Notes under the pieces: model-generated | Database searches by the model: none | What the model saw: the letters and a program-made list of their open reading frames with translations, nothing else | What the model was told of the DNA's origin: nothing | Assembly (NCBI GenBank): GCA_002841275.1 | Contig: PHET01000004.1 | Coordinates: 11,873 to 75,872, forward strand | Length of the DNA stretch: 64,000 nt | Source: Actinobacteria bacterium HGW-Actinobacteria-7 | GTDB lineage: Bacteria > Actinomycetota > Coriobacteriia > Anaerosomatales > PHET01 | Reading direction: 5' to 3' | Shown here: one piece after another, positions 41,280 through 50,907 of the stretch | How positions within the stretch are numbered: position 1 is the first letter of the stretch | How the letters are laid out: every line of letters starts with the position of its first letter | Translations under genes and position numbers: made by a program

Positions 41280-42424
41280 ACGATATGGCCAAGGTTCGTG
41301 TGAAGACTCTCAAGGACGGCACCAAACGCTACAGCTGCAAGCTCTCGATCGACGGCGAGTACGTGTACACCCACACATGGCCTACCGCGCGTGACGCGAA
41401 GAGGGAGGCGGATGAGATCCGCAAGCGGCACCTGCTCGGCGAGCCGCTCAAGCCGAAGTCGGTGCGCTTCGATGCGTTCGTTGAGACGTGGTACCTCACG
41501 CTGAAGGTCAAGGAGTCAACTCGGCAGGACTACCAGAACACGTGCCGTCATCTGATCGCCTACTTCGGCAAGATGCCGATCGGACAGATCGGTGCGCAGG
41601 ACATCGAGATGTTCATCGCTAAGATGTCGCGCGAGTACTCTGCGAACTCCGTGCATAAGGCAAAGACCCGTCTGCAGCAGATCCTGTTGCGGGCCGAGGC
41701 GTACGGGGTCATCCGCCGTTCGCCCATGCATCTCACGAAGCGCAACCTGACCACGCCAGAGCGCGAGAAGGACATCGTGTTCCTGGAAGCCGAACAGATC
41801 GGCGACTTCATCGACGCGGCGCCCGAGTTCTATCGCCCGCTCTTCACCGTCTGGTTCGCTACCGGGATGCGCATCGCCGAGATCGCGGCCGTGACCTGGG
41901 ACTGCGTCAGTTGGAACGGCAACTCGATCCGGGTGAAGCAGCAGCTCAAGTGCCAGAAGATCGAGCCGTATGCCAAGACGAACGCCGGCCTGAGGACGAT
42001 CGGCCTCGACGCCGGAGTCATGGACGTGCTCCGCGAGCACCGGAAGACGTGCCCGCTCAGCGAGTTCAACCTCGTGTTCCCCACTGTCACGGGTCGCCCG
42101 CTCCACATGAGCAACTTCGGCTCGCGCATCCTGCGTCCGATCACCAAGGAACTCGGTGTCCAGGGGTTCACGGCTCACTCCATCCGTCACACGTTCGCCA
42201 CGGTCTTGCTGTCTGACGGTATCAACCCGAAGAAGGTCGCGCAGATGATGGGCCACAGCGACAAGAGCGGCGACTTGCTGTGGAGGACGTACGCCCACGT
42301 TCTGAAGGCGGACCATGACCGTGCCTCGGCAGCGATCGGCAAGTACGTCGTGCGTGAAGGTGACGGGCCGACCGACGGCATCGTCATCGAGTTTCCAGCC
42401 CGCCGTTTGAGAAGCGTTTCGTAG
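41276..42424 (+). CDS. int: Tyrosine integrase of island 1
   Basis: Arm-binding N-terminus; TGMRIAE, KT, HSIRH, MGH, TY; next to attR. Confidence 0.95.
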   Translation: MNDMAKVRVKTLKDGTKRYSCKLSIDGEYVYTHTWPTARDAKREADEIRKRHLLGEPLKPKSVRFDAFVETWYLTLKVKESTRQDYQNTCRHLIAYFGKMPIGQIGAQDIEMFIAKMSREYSANSVHKAKTRLQQILLRAEAYGVIRRSPMHLTKRNLTTPEREKDIVFLEAEQIGDFIDAAPEFYRPLFTVWFATGMRIAEIAAVTWDCVSWNGNSIRVKQQLKCQKIEPYAKTNAGLRTIGLDAGVMDVLREHRKTCPLSEFNLVFPTVTGRPLHMSNFGSRILRPITKELGVQGFTAHSIRHTFATVLLSDGINPKKVAQMMGHSDKSGDLLWRTYAHVLKADHDRASAAIGKYVVREGDGPTDGIVIEFPARRLRSVS

Positions 42425-42475
42425 GCGTTGTTGGTACCATGGACACCGCTTCCGACTCTGGTGACGGAAGAGGCT

Positions 42476-42506
42476 CAGGTGCCATACAGGTGCCAACCAG
42501 ATGCCA
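42476..42506 (+). repeat. Integrase arm-type sites, right end
   Basis: CAGGTGCCA TA CAGGTGCCA AC CAGATGCCA, 11-bp period. Confidence 0.75.
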
Positions 42507-42572
42507 AAGCCGGCTCTTCACCTTCTGCCGGCAAAGCTCTTGAGCTTCTTACCAGCGGAAACAGCACTACAC

Positions 42573-42610
42573 GCCCTCGTAGCTCAGGGGATAGAGCACA
42601 GGTTTCCTAA
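42573..42610 (+). tRNA. 5' half of tRNA-Arg(CCT), second copy (attR of island 1 / attL of element 2)
   Basis: Identical to 19918-19955 and again broken right after the anticodon loop. Confidence 0.85.
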
Positions 42611-42708
42611 TACTTCTACTATCTGATAGTGGAATTCTGCACTATGCCTCTCACCTGCGGGTCTATCGTATCTCGTCGGTTCGTCAAATCCCCTGTAGGC
42701 ACGCACTT

Positions 42709-42730
42709 TAGCCACGGATTAGCCACGGAT
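42709..42730 (+). repeat. Tandem 11-bp repeat, arm-type site candidate for element 2
   Basis: TAGCCACGGAT x2, about 100 bp inside the junction (same offset as island 1 arm sites). Confidence 0.65.
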
Positions 42731-43028
42731 TTGACTATTCTGCATAGAGTGGTAGGCGTTCTGAGTAGTCCGAGGTCAGGGACGGTTAAGCGCCTGTTTG
42801 GGTTCTGGTAAGACCACCGTGGGATAATCGCCTGTATGGACAATGAGTTGACCAATACAGCCCAGCAGTTCTACACAGTTCGCCTTATCAATAGAGCCAT
42901 TCCTGAAGTCTGGGGAGGTGGCGCACTTGATGGCTTGTCATACTTCACACTTACACTAGACGGCGTTGACTACTGGCTCACCGAATGTGGATTGTTCACC
43001 CCACCGATAGATACCGAAGGGCACACCG

Positions 43029-43373
43029 ATGTCGGCTAAGAAGACAGTGAACCAACTACGCGGCGTGACTATCACTGCCGATGGTGTGGTATCCGCCGTT
43101 GAGGTAGACAACACCCTGCAAGCACTACAGACCGCTGTTGGTGGATATGTAGAACGTCTACCTCTTCGTGACGGTGTTGATATGTTCGTGAACGAAGAAG
43201 GGCTGCTGTTGAGCCTACCGAGGAACGAACTCGCAACCAGACTTGCCGAGGGTTATCAGGTTCATCCTCAGCAAGTAGCCATCGTCGGTGATGCTCTCGT
43301 TCTTGGTGAAGTGAACACATCGGGAGATAGTACCGATGTTCCTGATTGGGTCTACGAATACCTCGTGAGATAA
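43029..43373 (+). CDS. DUF3846 domain protein
   Basis: LQALQTAVGGYVE, VNEEGL..LPRN..AT, IVGD. Confidence 0.85.
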   Translation: MSAKKTVNQLRGVTITADGVVSAVEVDNTLQALQTAVGGYVERLPLRDGVDMFVNEEGLLLSLPRNELATRLAEGYQVHPQQVAIVGDALVLGEVNTSGDSTDVPDWVYEYLVR

Positions 43374-43410
43374 TCAGCCGTCCCCGATGCCCCCTCGGAT
43401 GGACATCACG

Positions 43411-43443
43411 CAGCCCGACCTCTTCCCCTAGATGGTCGGGCTG
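43411..43443. terminator. Stem-loop between convergent genes
   Basis: CAGCCCGACC / GGTCGGGCTG. Confidence 0.6.
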
Positions 43444-43466
43444 TTCTATATCTAGCGTTCGTTGGT

Positions 43467-43796
43467 TTACTTCTGTGCCAACCAAATCGTGTGGAACTCA
43501 GCACGTAGTTGGTCGTTCAGTTCTGGATTGTTGGTGATTTGCGCAGCAGTAAGACCTCTTGGCTCTACCCAGTCCCAGAAGGCGTCGGACTCCGCTTGAT
43601 AGTCCGTGCCTTGATACCAGCAGCCGAACATCCCCATCCAAGTATCTTCTGACCACTCTTGGACTACAGATGCGTCGGTAACATCCATCTCTTCAATGAG
43701 CCACTCAGCAAACTCAGTGGTCTGTTCGTTCTTCTCGCTGACGATGTAATCAGGTACCGCGTCAACTAGTTCCTGAACTCGCTGTGTGTCGTCCAA
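43467..43796 (-). CDS. Acidic hypothetical protein
   Basis: RBS GGGAGAG; Trp/acid-rich ORF. Confidence 0.55.
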   Translation of the reverse strand: MDDTQRVQELVDAVPDYIVSEKNEQTTEFAEWLIEEMDVTDASVVQEWSEDTWMGMFGCWYQGTDYQAESDAFWDWVEPRGLTAAQITNNPELNDQLRAEFHTIWLAQK

Positions 43797-43850
43797 AGTT
43801 CTCTCCCGCCATCAGTGACAAATCCAGTCTAGCGCCTCAGCACGATTACC

Positions 43851-44975
43851 CTATGCCGTTTGCGCGAACTCGCTGGTGGTATCGCTTGAAGCCGTAGTCA
43901 TACTCGCGGCAAGACGCTGCATTGCAGCAACGGTGTCTTCCTGCCGCACCTTCGTATACGTCCGAAGTATCTGTTGCGCACTAGAGCCAACCAACAGCGC
44001 AACTAAAGATGGCGAGGCTCCCTGACTAATCATCAGAGAGATGAAGGTTTTGCGAGCGAGATAATTGACCGCACTTCCTTCTGGCACCCGAAGACCAGAC
44101 CTCGTCAGCGAGGGGCGCAGAATATCTTTTGCGAACCGCTGCATATCACGACGCCGACCTCTGATAGTCGGGAAGACGAGGTCATCTACACCAGCGTTCA
44201 TCACTCGCTTTTGTTCTTGTAGTTCGTGCCGAAGGTCGGGCGTCATAGGAACCACCCTAGTAAGACCGTTCTTCGTGCCGTTACTGCCGTTCTTCGTGGC
44301 TGTTCGGCTGATAGTTATCGTTCCAGCGTTCCAGTCACAGTCGCCAAACCGCAACTCGCTACATTCAGAGGGACGCGCTCCCGTAGTGAACATCATTCGC
44401 ATCAGAGCGCGGTCACACCCTTTTGGGGTGCGGTTGATAAGTAGCGCCACCTGTTCGGCAGACAACACATAATCCACGCCAGTCGCGCCATCGCTAGTTC
44501 TAATGGTCTTCACTCTCGCTACTGGGTTCTGGCTGACGAGGTTGATTGCCACGGCATAGGACATCACAGCACCAAGGGTTACCAAGCATCGTTTTATAGT
44601 CAGGTCGCTTGAGCCAAGGTGCTTTTTGTAGGCAATCCAGCGCCCGATTGCTTCTGTCGTCACGCCACGACGAACCTTCGTATCCGAGAAGAACGGCAAC
44701 AGGTGGTTGTCCAACCGCGACTTGTAAGTAGTAATCGTCTGCTCACGAAGGTGATGCGTTCCGTTGACCAAATAGCGGTCAACCAACTCAGAGAACTTGA
44801 TGTCACGAGCCGTGGGTAGTTGGTTCTCTCGCCCTTTGGTGGCAAGACGGTCGTGAAGTTCTTGTGCTGCTCTCTTCTGGTGTCCACCGTTCACCCATAC
44901 TTGCTTGCCGTTCTGACGGACGACACACCAGAAGGTCTTGGTTCCATCCCTGTGTTCGCGCTCAACGATAGCCAT
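43851..44975 (-). CDS. int: Tyrosine integrase with non-canonical catalytic box II
   Basis: Start MAIVERE; TGARPSE, TKNG, NYLARKTF, VGSS, RTY. Confidence 0.88.
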   Translation of the reverse strand: MAIVEREHRDGTKTFWCVVRQNGKQVWVNGGHQKRAAQELHDRLATKGRENQLPTARDIKFSELVDRYLVNGTHHLREQTITTYKSRLDNHLLPFFSDTKVRRGVTTEAIGRWIAYKKHLGSSDLTIKRCLVTLGAVMSYAVAINLVSQNPVARVKTIRTSDGATGVDYVLSAEQVALLINRTPKGCDRALMRMMFTTGARPSECSELRFGDCDWNAGTITISRTATKNGSNGTKNGLTRVVPMTPDLRHELQEQKRVMNAGVDDLVFPTIRGRRRDMQRFAKDILRPSLTRSGLRVPEGSAVNYLARKTFISLMISQGASPSLVALLVGSSAQQILRTYTKVRQEDTVAAMQRLAASMTTASSDTTSEFAQTA

Positions 44976-45154
44976 TCCTGACCGTCCAATCCGTTGACCC
45001 GTGATTGACCGTAGGTCAACTACCTGCACTTTGTTCACATACAGAGACCATTGCGGTCTCACGCATTTGCCTACGACAGACGTCTTACCATTGCGTCATC
45101 GGAGATATCCAGTCTCTGTTGGGCGGCGTCAGAGACGACAGGTAGAATGACGGT

Positions 45155-45613
45155 ATGGCTAACTCACTAGATAGAGACATAGAGTTCTGCGAAGTTGTCC
45201 TCGGGCGCGAGTTCTACCCCGATGACGAACCATCTTGGGATACCGAAGAGAACCGCACCGTGTTCTGTTACGGGGGCTTCGGAAGTTCCTCAGAGGCAAA
45301 TGGCAGCGCATTGTTCGTCCGTGACCACAAAGGCAATACGTGGCAAGCCAGAGGGCATATGGTTGAGCGTCTGGTTCGTGAGGTTCCTGAAGACGAACGA
45401 GCGATTACTTATATCGTCACGGTGATGTCACCAGCAGGCGTTGAGACCTACGAGGTATCTGCTATCACACCGAATAGTGCCAACACCGAGGTGCTGAAGA
45501 TGAAGGGCTGGGAGCATCTGACCCACACTCTCGGTGATAAGGCAGACGGCGTCCTAATAGATATTGAAGGCATCAACCACATCTTGTCGGCGAAGATGAA
45601 GGGCGTCTCGTGA
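45155..45613 (+). CDS. Phage-like hypothetical protein
   Basis: ORF with GGFGS..G motif, coupled to the next gene. Confidence 0.6.
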   Translation: MANSLDRDIEFCEVVLGREFYPDDEPSWDTEENRTVFCYGGFGSSSEANGSALFVRDHKGNTWQARGHMVERLVREVPEDERAITYIVTVMSPAGVETYEVSAITPNSANTEVLKMKGWEHLTHTLGDKADGVLIDIEGINHILSAKMKGVS

Positions 45614-46353
45614 GATTGTTGAGCGTTGATTGGGACTTCTTCTTCCCATCAGGCGAGAAGACTGATTACTGGGCGCTCTGGGATTGGGGTCATTCAGAGA
45701 AGCACGGCGGTGAACTACTACAAGTGCTGTGGCAATCCCGTGCTGTTGGCTTCCGTCATTACAAGATGGACTTGCCTACTACCTCTGGCGAAGAACTGAC
45801 CTTCTGGAAGCGCTTCACCTTCTCTGACGATTGCGAACTGTATTTGGGCGACAGTCACAAGGGAGCCATTCGTCCTGAGATAGCCGAAGGCATCACCGCT
45901 GTATATAACTACGACGCACACGCAGATTGCGGATATCACAAGGATGCTCTCAAGAACGCCAAGAGAGACCAGAGAGTTGCGTGCGAGGATTGGATGCTCG
46001 GCTATCACATCGTGAATGGTCTGAAGGGTTCTGACCTTCACGTCAGGTATCCATCGTGGCGTTCCTACGCTATGACCGACGAACCTAATCCGTCATTGAA
46101 GAACGTCGACCGTCAGGTTGATGACGACAAGCCCGTTGATGTCATCTTTGACCGTATCTTCATCGCCCGTTCTGGTGCTTGGGTTCCACCGTGGCTGGAT
46201 GATAAGTGGGAGCAGTTCATTCAGGATTGTCCTGTGGAAGTCACGGACATTTTGGGCGAACTCACGATGGTTCGGGACTGGGATTTATCCCTTGTTCAAC
46301 AAGAACTGGACGCTCGTAAGCAACTGATGAAGATGCACGAAGAAGCACAATAA
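45610..46353 (+). CDS. UPF0489 / arginase-deacetylase-fold protein
   Basis: LLSVDWDFF, DSH, NYDAHAD, CEDW, FIARSGAWVPP..D. Confidence 0.7.
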   Translation: MRLLSVDWDFFFPSGEKTDYWALWDWGHSEKHGGELLQVLWQSRAVGFRHYKMDLPTTSGEELTFWKRFTFSDDCELYLGDSHKGAIRPEIAEGITAVYNYDAHADCGYHKDALKNAKRDQRVACEDWMLGYHIVNGLKGSDLHVRYPSWRSYAMTDEPNPSLKNVDRQVDDDKPVDVIFDRIFIARSGAWVPPWLDDKWEQFIQDCPVEVTDILGELTMVRDWDLSLVQQELDARKQLMKMHEEAQ

Positions 46354-46398
46354 ACGGAATAACTACCAGACGTTCTCTGGTGTATTTAGAGAACGACA

Positions 46399-46428
46399 AA
46401 CCCCTCGGCGTAAGTCTCCCGAGGGGTT
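46399..46428. terminator. Bidirectional terminator-like hairpin
   Basis: AACCCCTCGG / CCGAGGGGTT between convergent genes. Confidence 0.7.
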
Positions 46429-46746
46429 GATTATTGCCGTGATGCTTGATGACTTACTTCGCCTCTTCAACCGCCTTGCCATACTCGTTCAACGCAACGA
46501 GATGACGAGCAAACGAAGCGTTCACGGTGTTTATGACACGCGATGTGTAGGTGTCATCCAGTTCGTTCATCGCTGACTTGGACTTCAGGTCACTGATGAG
46601 GGTCTGAACACCGTCCAAATCAAGCGCTAGGTCAGATGCGACCTTCTCAAGTATCGCAAGATGTCCCACAGTCGGTTCCATGAATGGGTTCCCCCTTGAT
46701 GATTGGATGCTAGTTACAGGATACCTCAGAGGTGTGACAGCGTTGC

Positions 46747-47589
46747 TCACGCCTTGTGGATTGACCCGTCTACATCACAGGTCTCGCAGTCCTTCGGACA
46801 ACTTCTTAGGTCGTAGCAATTACAGACAGGCACCTCAAGATACTTGTAGTAGACCTGCTTGTAGCCCTCGTCTAGCGAGAGTTCATACAAGGGCTTCAAT
46901 ACCAGCGCCCCCTGCTTCGCCTCAACGGTCACATTCTCTGTCTTGAACGAGGCAGCGAGCAAGTCAATTACGGTCTGCGAGAACCAGTCTATAGGCTGTG
47001 TCACGCTCTCAAGAACCTTGTAGTAACACTGGTCTTTGTCGCTGTCATAGAGGAATGCCTTATATCGTTCCATCGCTTCGGCATTGAACGGGTCGTAGCG
47101 TGGAAGCGGTTTATCGGGCGCGGGCACAACTACCTTGCGATGCTTGGCTCTGGCACCGTTGAGGGTGTGCTGCTTCATATCAATACGCCATTGGGTGAAT
47201 ACGGGCACGTCGTAGAGGCGGTCTTCTAGCACCACCCAAATCTGGGCGTCTAGGTTTGTGGCGTAGTTCTCGCAGCCTTCTTCGCAGGTCTCGTGGTAGT
47301 CATCAGGCATCCCTATGTATTCGTAGCGAGCAACCCAACGGATTAGGTTGTCAACGCCCCTTTGTTGAGGATATCTCTGATGCGGGTTCTCGCAGTCGCG
47401 GCAGACTTCATCGACAATCCTGCGGTAATCACTCTCGCTGATGATACGGGTCTCGGTGTGCTTCTGACGTTCCTGCTCTGCGAGGTGCTGCTTACTGATA
47501 ACGCTCTTCTTAGGGAAGGGCATTGGGTCAACGGCATTCTGCGAACGAAGACCGAGAGGAATGTCGGGAGACTTGTCCTTGTCGGTCAT
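46747..47589 (-). CDS. Cys-containing hypothetical protein
   Basis: 280-aa ORF with Cys clusters; 4-nt overlap with the upstream gene. Confidence 0.6.
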   Translation of the reverse strand: MTDKDKSPDIPLGLRSQNAVDPMPFPKKSVISKQHLAEQERQKHTETRIISESDYRRIVDEVCRDCENPHQRYPQQRGVDNLIRWVARYEYIGMPDDYHETCEEGCENYATNLDAQIWVVLEDRLYDVPVFTQWRIDMKQHTLNGARAKHRKVVVPAPDKPLPRYDPFNAEAMERYKAFLYDSDKDQCYYKVLESVTQPIDWFSQTVIDLLAASFKTENVTVEAKQGALVLKPLYELSLDEGYKQVYYKYLEVPVCNCYDLRSCPKDCETCDVDGSIHKA

Positions 47590-48035
47590 CTTGGTGCCTT
47601 ACTCGCGGCAATGACCTTCTCGCCGCGCTCATCGGTGGCAAGACCCCAGCCGCGCTCAAACATCACTTCGGCTACCAGTTCGCCCGCTTCTGACACCCTC
47701 AACCATTCAGTGAGTTGTAGTTGGTGTTTATCATCAATCAGACCGTTGAGAACGATGTCTGCTGCTATAACCGAGGGTATCTCGCTGACCCGAATACTGA
47801 ATTGACTGCTGCCTTGGTTATCCGCCATCAGTTCGGTGAACTCGGCTTCCAGAAGTCCAATCCATCCATTCATAAACTCTGGGGTCACCGTAGCGGTGAA
47901 GAGGTTCTGCAACTCAACCAAACCCATCTCGGGCTTAGGAACAACGAGTGGATGCTTCTTGGTGGGAACGTGTGGTTGTTCGTTGTCGTACCGAAGCGCC
48001 GACACAGTTCTCTTTGCACTCTTGCTCCAACTCAT
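47586..48035 (-). CDS. Hypothetical protein
   Basis: Part of the minus-strand operon. Confidence 0.6.
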   Translation of the reverse strand: MSWSKSAKRTVSALRYDNEQPHVPTKKHPLVVPKPEMGLVELQNLFTATVTPEFMNGWIGLLEAEFTELMADNQGSSQFSIRVSEIPSVIAADIVLNGLIDDKHQLQLTEWLRVSEAGELVAEVMFERGWGLATDERGEKVIAASKAPR

Positions 48036-48076
48036 ACTGTTAAGACCCCCAAGTTACTCATCGTTGCTCTTACTAG

Positions 48077-49045
48077 TTATTGCTTCTTTGGTCGTCCACC
48101 ACTACGAGGCTTCTTGGCGAATGCCTCTACTTCCGCCTTACTCAGAACATACTGGTTGCCGACCTTGTAACCCTTAAGCCGCTCTTCTTTGATGAATTCA
48201 AGAACCCTGTGTGCGCCTACGGGTGTGCCTGACTTGGCACTGATAATCTCTGCCGCTTGTCTGGTAGAGATACCGTCTCGCACCTTCGGGTCTTTGAATG
48301 TGATGACATCACCATCAGTGGGTGAGGATGGCTGCTGGACGCCTTTGTCAACATCCTTGCCCCACGGCTCCCAGCCGACAAATCTATTGCGGGCAAACAA
48401 CTCTAACTTCGGCTCTGAGGTGTAAAGGCGCTCTATCCGCCGACGCACCTCTTCTGGTTTGGCGCTGTGTTCCTTGTCAAGTTCGGCGAATACAATCTGG
48501 CGCACTCTCTTGTCCTTGCGCACGGGTGCCTTACCAGAGACACCGAGCAGCACAATCTCGGCGTTAGGATTGGTGTAAGAACCTCTGCCGACATACAGCA
48601 GCGGGTTGTCGTCAGCGTCCTCGCCCTTGCTCTTGACCCAGACAAAGGCAACCGTCTTGTATTGATAGCCCCAATTCCCCATCAACCGCAGCGCATCAGG
48701 GAGCAGCGGTAAGGTTGCCCACATAAAGTGGACGGTTCCTTCGGGGTGGTTGCGTGAAGGAACTTCCAACTGGGACATCTGCGCAACAGACAGGGTTGGG
48801 TAATCGGGCGCGTTCACGTTGCCTTTGTCGTCATATGACCACGCAGGGTCAGAATAAATGACTGGGAAGTGCCCCTCGGGTAGCGGTGGGGTGTCTGGAG
48901 GCATCTGCGGTGTCGCAACGAGGCAAGACTTTGCTCGCTGATTGCGGCTTCTACGAGTGATTGCTCTTGGCTTGTTGACCTCATTCCAGACGGACGAGAC
49001 GTGAGCCTCAAGCCCATCTAGGAATTCAGAGTAATCCGCCGCCAT
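48077..49045 (-). CDS. MT-A70 family N6-adenine methyltransferase fused to a C-terminal HTH_17
   Basis: IYSDPAWSY, FMWAT, WGYQYKT.AFVWVK, HSAKP, LELFAR; tail ISTRQAAEII..LKGYKVGNQYVL..GRPKK. Confidence 0.88.
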   Translation of the reverse strand: MAADYSEFLDGLEAHVSSVWNEVNKPRAITRRSRNQRAKSCLVATPQMPPDTPPLPEGHFPVIYSDPAWSYDDKGNVNAPDYPTLSVAQMSQLEVPSRNHPEGTVHFMWATLPLLPDALRLMGNWGYQYKTVAFVWVKSKGEDADDNPLLYVGRGSYTNPNAEIVLLGVSGKAPVRKDKRVRQIVFAELDKEHSAKPEEVRRRIERLYTSEPKLELFARNRFVGWEPWGKDVDKGVQQPSSPTDGDVITFKDPKVRDGISTRQAAEIISAKSGTPVGAHRVLEFIKEERLKGYKVGNQYVLSKAEVEAFAKKPRSGGRPKKQ

Positions 49046-49120
49046 TCGTTCCCCCGTCTCGCACGACCCTATTTGTGCCTGAGACAAGGATATCGGACGA
49101 GGGTGATAAGAGACAGGGGA

Positions 49121-49264
49121 TTAGTTGGCTCCCGTGGCAATTACAACGAATAGAACAATCACGAACAAGATAAATAGCCATCCCGAGCAACACGATAAAT
49201 CGTTCGGTTGGCTCATTATTGCTAGTCCTACGAGAATGCCGATGATTACTAGTATCAAGACCAT
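49121..49264 (-). CDS. Small two-TM membrane protein (47 aa)
   Basis: RBS GAGGTG; MVLILVIIGILVGLAIMSQPNDLSCCSGWLFILFVIVLFVVIATGAN; manual translation. Confidence 0.55.
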   Translation of the reverse strand: MVLILVIIGILVGLAIMSQPNDLSCCSGWLFILFVIVLFVVIATGAN

Positions 49265-49319
49265 TTAGACCACCTCACGACGTGGTCTTCCCGTGTCAGT
49301 CAGAGTAATCACACGGTGA

Positions 49320-49769
49320 TTACTGTCTGTGCCAACCGTATGTCTGAATGACATCGCGCAACAGCGCCTTGTTCTCGGTAATCGCCTGCTGGTCGTCGTC
49401 GGCTTCAACGAGCATCGGTAGATACGACATCACGCGATATTGAAGGGCTTTGTGACAATCTAACAGCGCCTTCTTACTAGCCCAACGACGCCAGCGTGTC
49501 TGCATATCATCCGTGTGCTTGCAGGTGCCACGCTTCTCGGCGATATCCAACAGCACCCTGAGCATCTTGCGGAACTCTTGTATCGCCTCGGTTATGTCAC
49601 CAGCGACCGCACGATAGTAAATGCGCTCCTGCTCTTGGGTCTTCAGAACGACAGAGACGCCAGCAATCCACTCGCATAGTTCATCAGCAGCAGCACGAGT
49701 GATGTTGTGTTTGCTCACCTGTTTATCCAACCATTCAGGACACTCAGGCTCTATATATGGTGATGCCAT
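49320..49769 (-). CDS. Hypothetical helical protein
   Basis: RBS GAGGA; 149-aa ORF. Confidence 0.55.
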   Translation of the reverse strand: MASPYIEPECPEWLDKQVSKHNITRAAADELCEWIAGVSVVLKTQEQERIYYRAVAGDITEAIQEFRKMLRVLLDIAEKRGTCKHTDDMQTRWRRWASKKALLDCHKALQYRVMSYLPMLVEADDDQQAITENKALLRDVIQTYGWHRQ

Positions 49770-49794
49770 CGTCCTCGCCCCCAGATTAAGAATG

Positions 49795-49835
49795 CCTACG
49801 GGTGGGGATGTTGGGGGGACATCCCCACCCGTAGG
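49795..49835. terminator. 17-bp perfect inverted repeat downstream of the pilin-like genes
   Basis: CCTACGGGTGGGGATGT / ACATCCCCACCCGTAGG. Confidence 0.65.
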
Positions 49836-49910
49836 ACTTCAACAAACTCACTCTGGGAACCCGTGGCATTGGGCTACAACCGTCGTGAGAGAGTCTTTAT
49901 AGGTTGTCAA

Positions 49911-50891
49911 CTAAGGCGTTACCGCCATCATCGACGGCGTGTTGTCGATGACCATACTCGGCAGGGTTATGCCAGATGTCATTGACCACTTCACTCTGGT
50001 CGGAACTCTGCCCGCGACCCCTAATGCAGACCACGGAACTCGGCACTCAATAGCACTTCTGTCAGCGGCGTAGCCCGTTGTGGTTGATGCTGCCACGGAT
50101 GAACCGAGGCTACCGACGGTCTTGCTGCCGTCACCGTTGATTGGGTCATCCACACCGCCATAGCGATACAGCGTCGTAGACAGAACCGATGACATTCGTG
50201 TGTTTACTACGAGGACGAAGTCGGTCGCGGCTTCCATTCGCCCGTCTGCGTCTATATCCAAATACATCGTCCAGAAGGCGTTCGCTGAACCGCCAGCAAC
50301 CCTAGTGGCGTGTAGATATAGATATGAAGTGTCACCGTAGGCAGAGAGTAGATACAGGTCGTCAGAAGGTTGACCATTCGGGTCTGGGTCAGTCGGCTCA
50401 ATGGTGTCAGTGATATGTCCTGTTGGGCTACTCACAAGCGGTGCCCAGTCGGTCATAGTGCCGTCAATCACGATATTGGCGGCTGGCAGCGATACGACAA
50501 CGGGCAACGAGGTATGCCCTGCGGCGTCACGGACTTCGTATGTGCCGTTGGTCTTTGGCACGATGAATACTGGCGCGTTATCCTCGGCGACCTGAACATC
50601 GTCTTTGATGAGGCTGTATGGCGGGACACCCGAGCCACTGACAGCGATAGTTATACTGCCATTGCCGTTGTCGGTAATCGTGGACTCGGCACTCTCAAAG
50701 GTGCTGGCTACCTCTTGTGTGCCGACAGCAACAGCGCTCAGTGCCTCGGCGACTTGGATGTGCTTGAGCATCATTGCGTTGCTCAATACGCTCACACCGA
50801 GAGTGACCGCGAGAGCGGCGCAAATCATCAACAGGATGTATTCGACGTTGGTCGCGCCTCTTCGTTGTCGTGCGATTGGATAAACCATCAT
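49911..50891 (-). CDS. Flp/Tad-type prepilin N-terminus fused to Ig-like and carbohydrate-binding-like domains
   Basis: RQRRG/ATNVEYILL class III signal with EY; IVIDG..DW..YLYL..YLDID..IECRVPWSALG (DOMON/CBM9-like). Confidence 0.75.
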   Translation of the reverse strand: MMVYPIARQRRGATNVEYILLMICAALAVTLGVSVLSNAMMLKHIQVAEALSAVAVGTQEVASTFESAESTITDNGNGSITIAVSGSGVPPYSLIKDDVQVAEDNAPVFIVPKTNGTYEVRDAAGHTSLPVVVSLPAANIVIDGTMTDWAPLVSSPTGHITDTIEPTDPDPNGQPSDDLYLLSAYGDTSYLYLHATRVAGGSANAFWTMYLDIDADGRMEAATDFVLVVNTRMSSVLSTTLYRYGGVDDPINGDGSKTVGSLGSSVAASTTTGYAADRSAIECRVPWSALGVAGRVPTRVKWSMTSGITLPSMVIDNTPSMMAVTP

Positions 50892-50907
50892 TCAGTCCCC
50901 TTATTTG

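Larger units (their letters stand above)
19909..42610. mobile_element. Genomic island 1 (about 22.7 kb defence/integrative element) inserted in tRNA-Arg(CCT)
   Basis: 47-bp perfect direct repeat at 19909-19955 and 42564-42610; xis-int next to the right repeat; matching arm-type repeats inside both ends. Confidence 0.9.

Noticed and set aside
50894-50901. 8-nt complementarity (AGTCCCCT) between the omegaRNA 3' region and the pilin RBS
   Set aside because: An 8-mer is expected by chance about twice in a window this size
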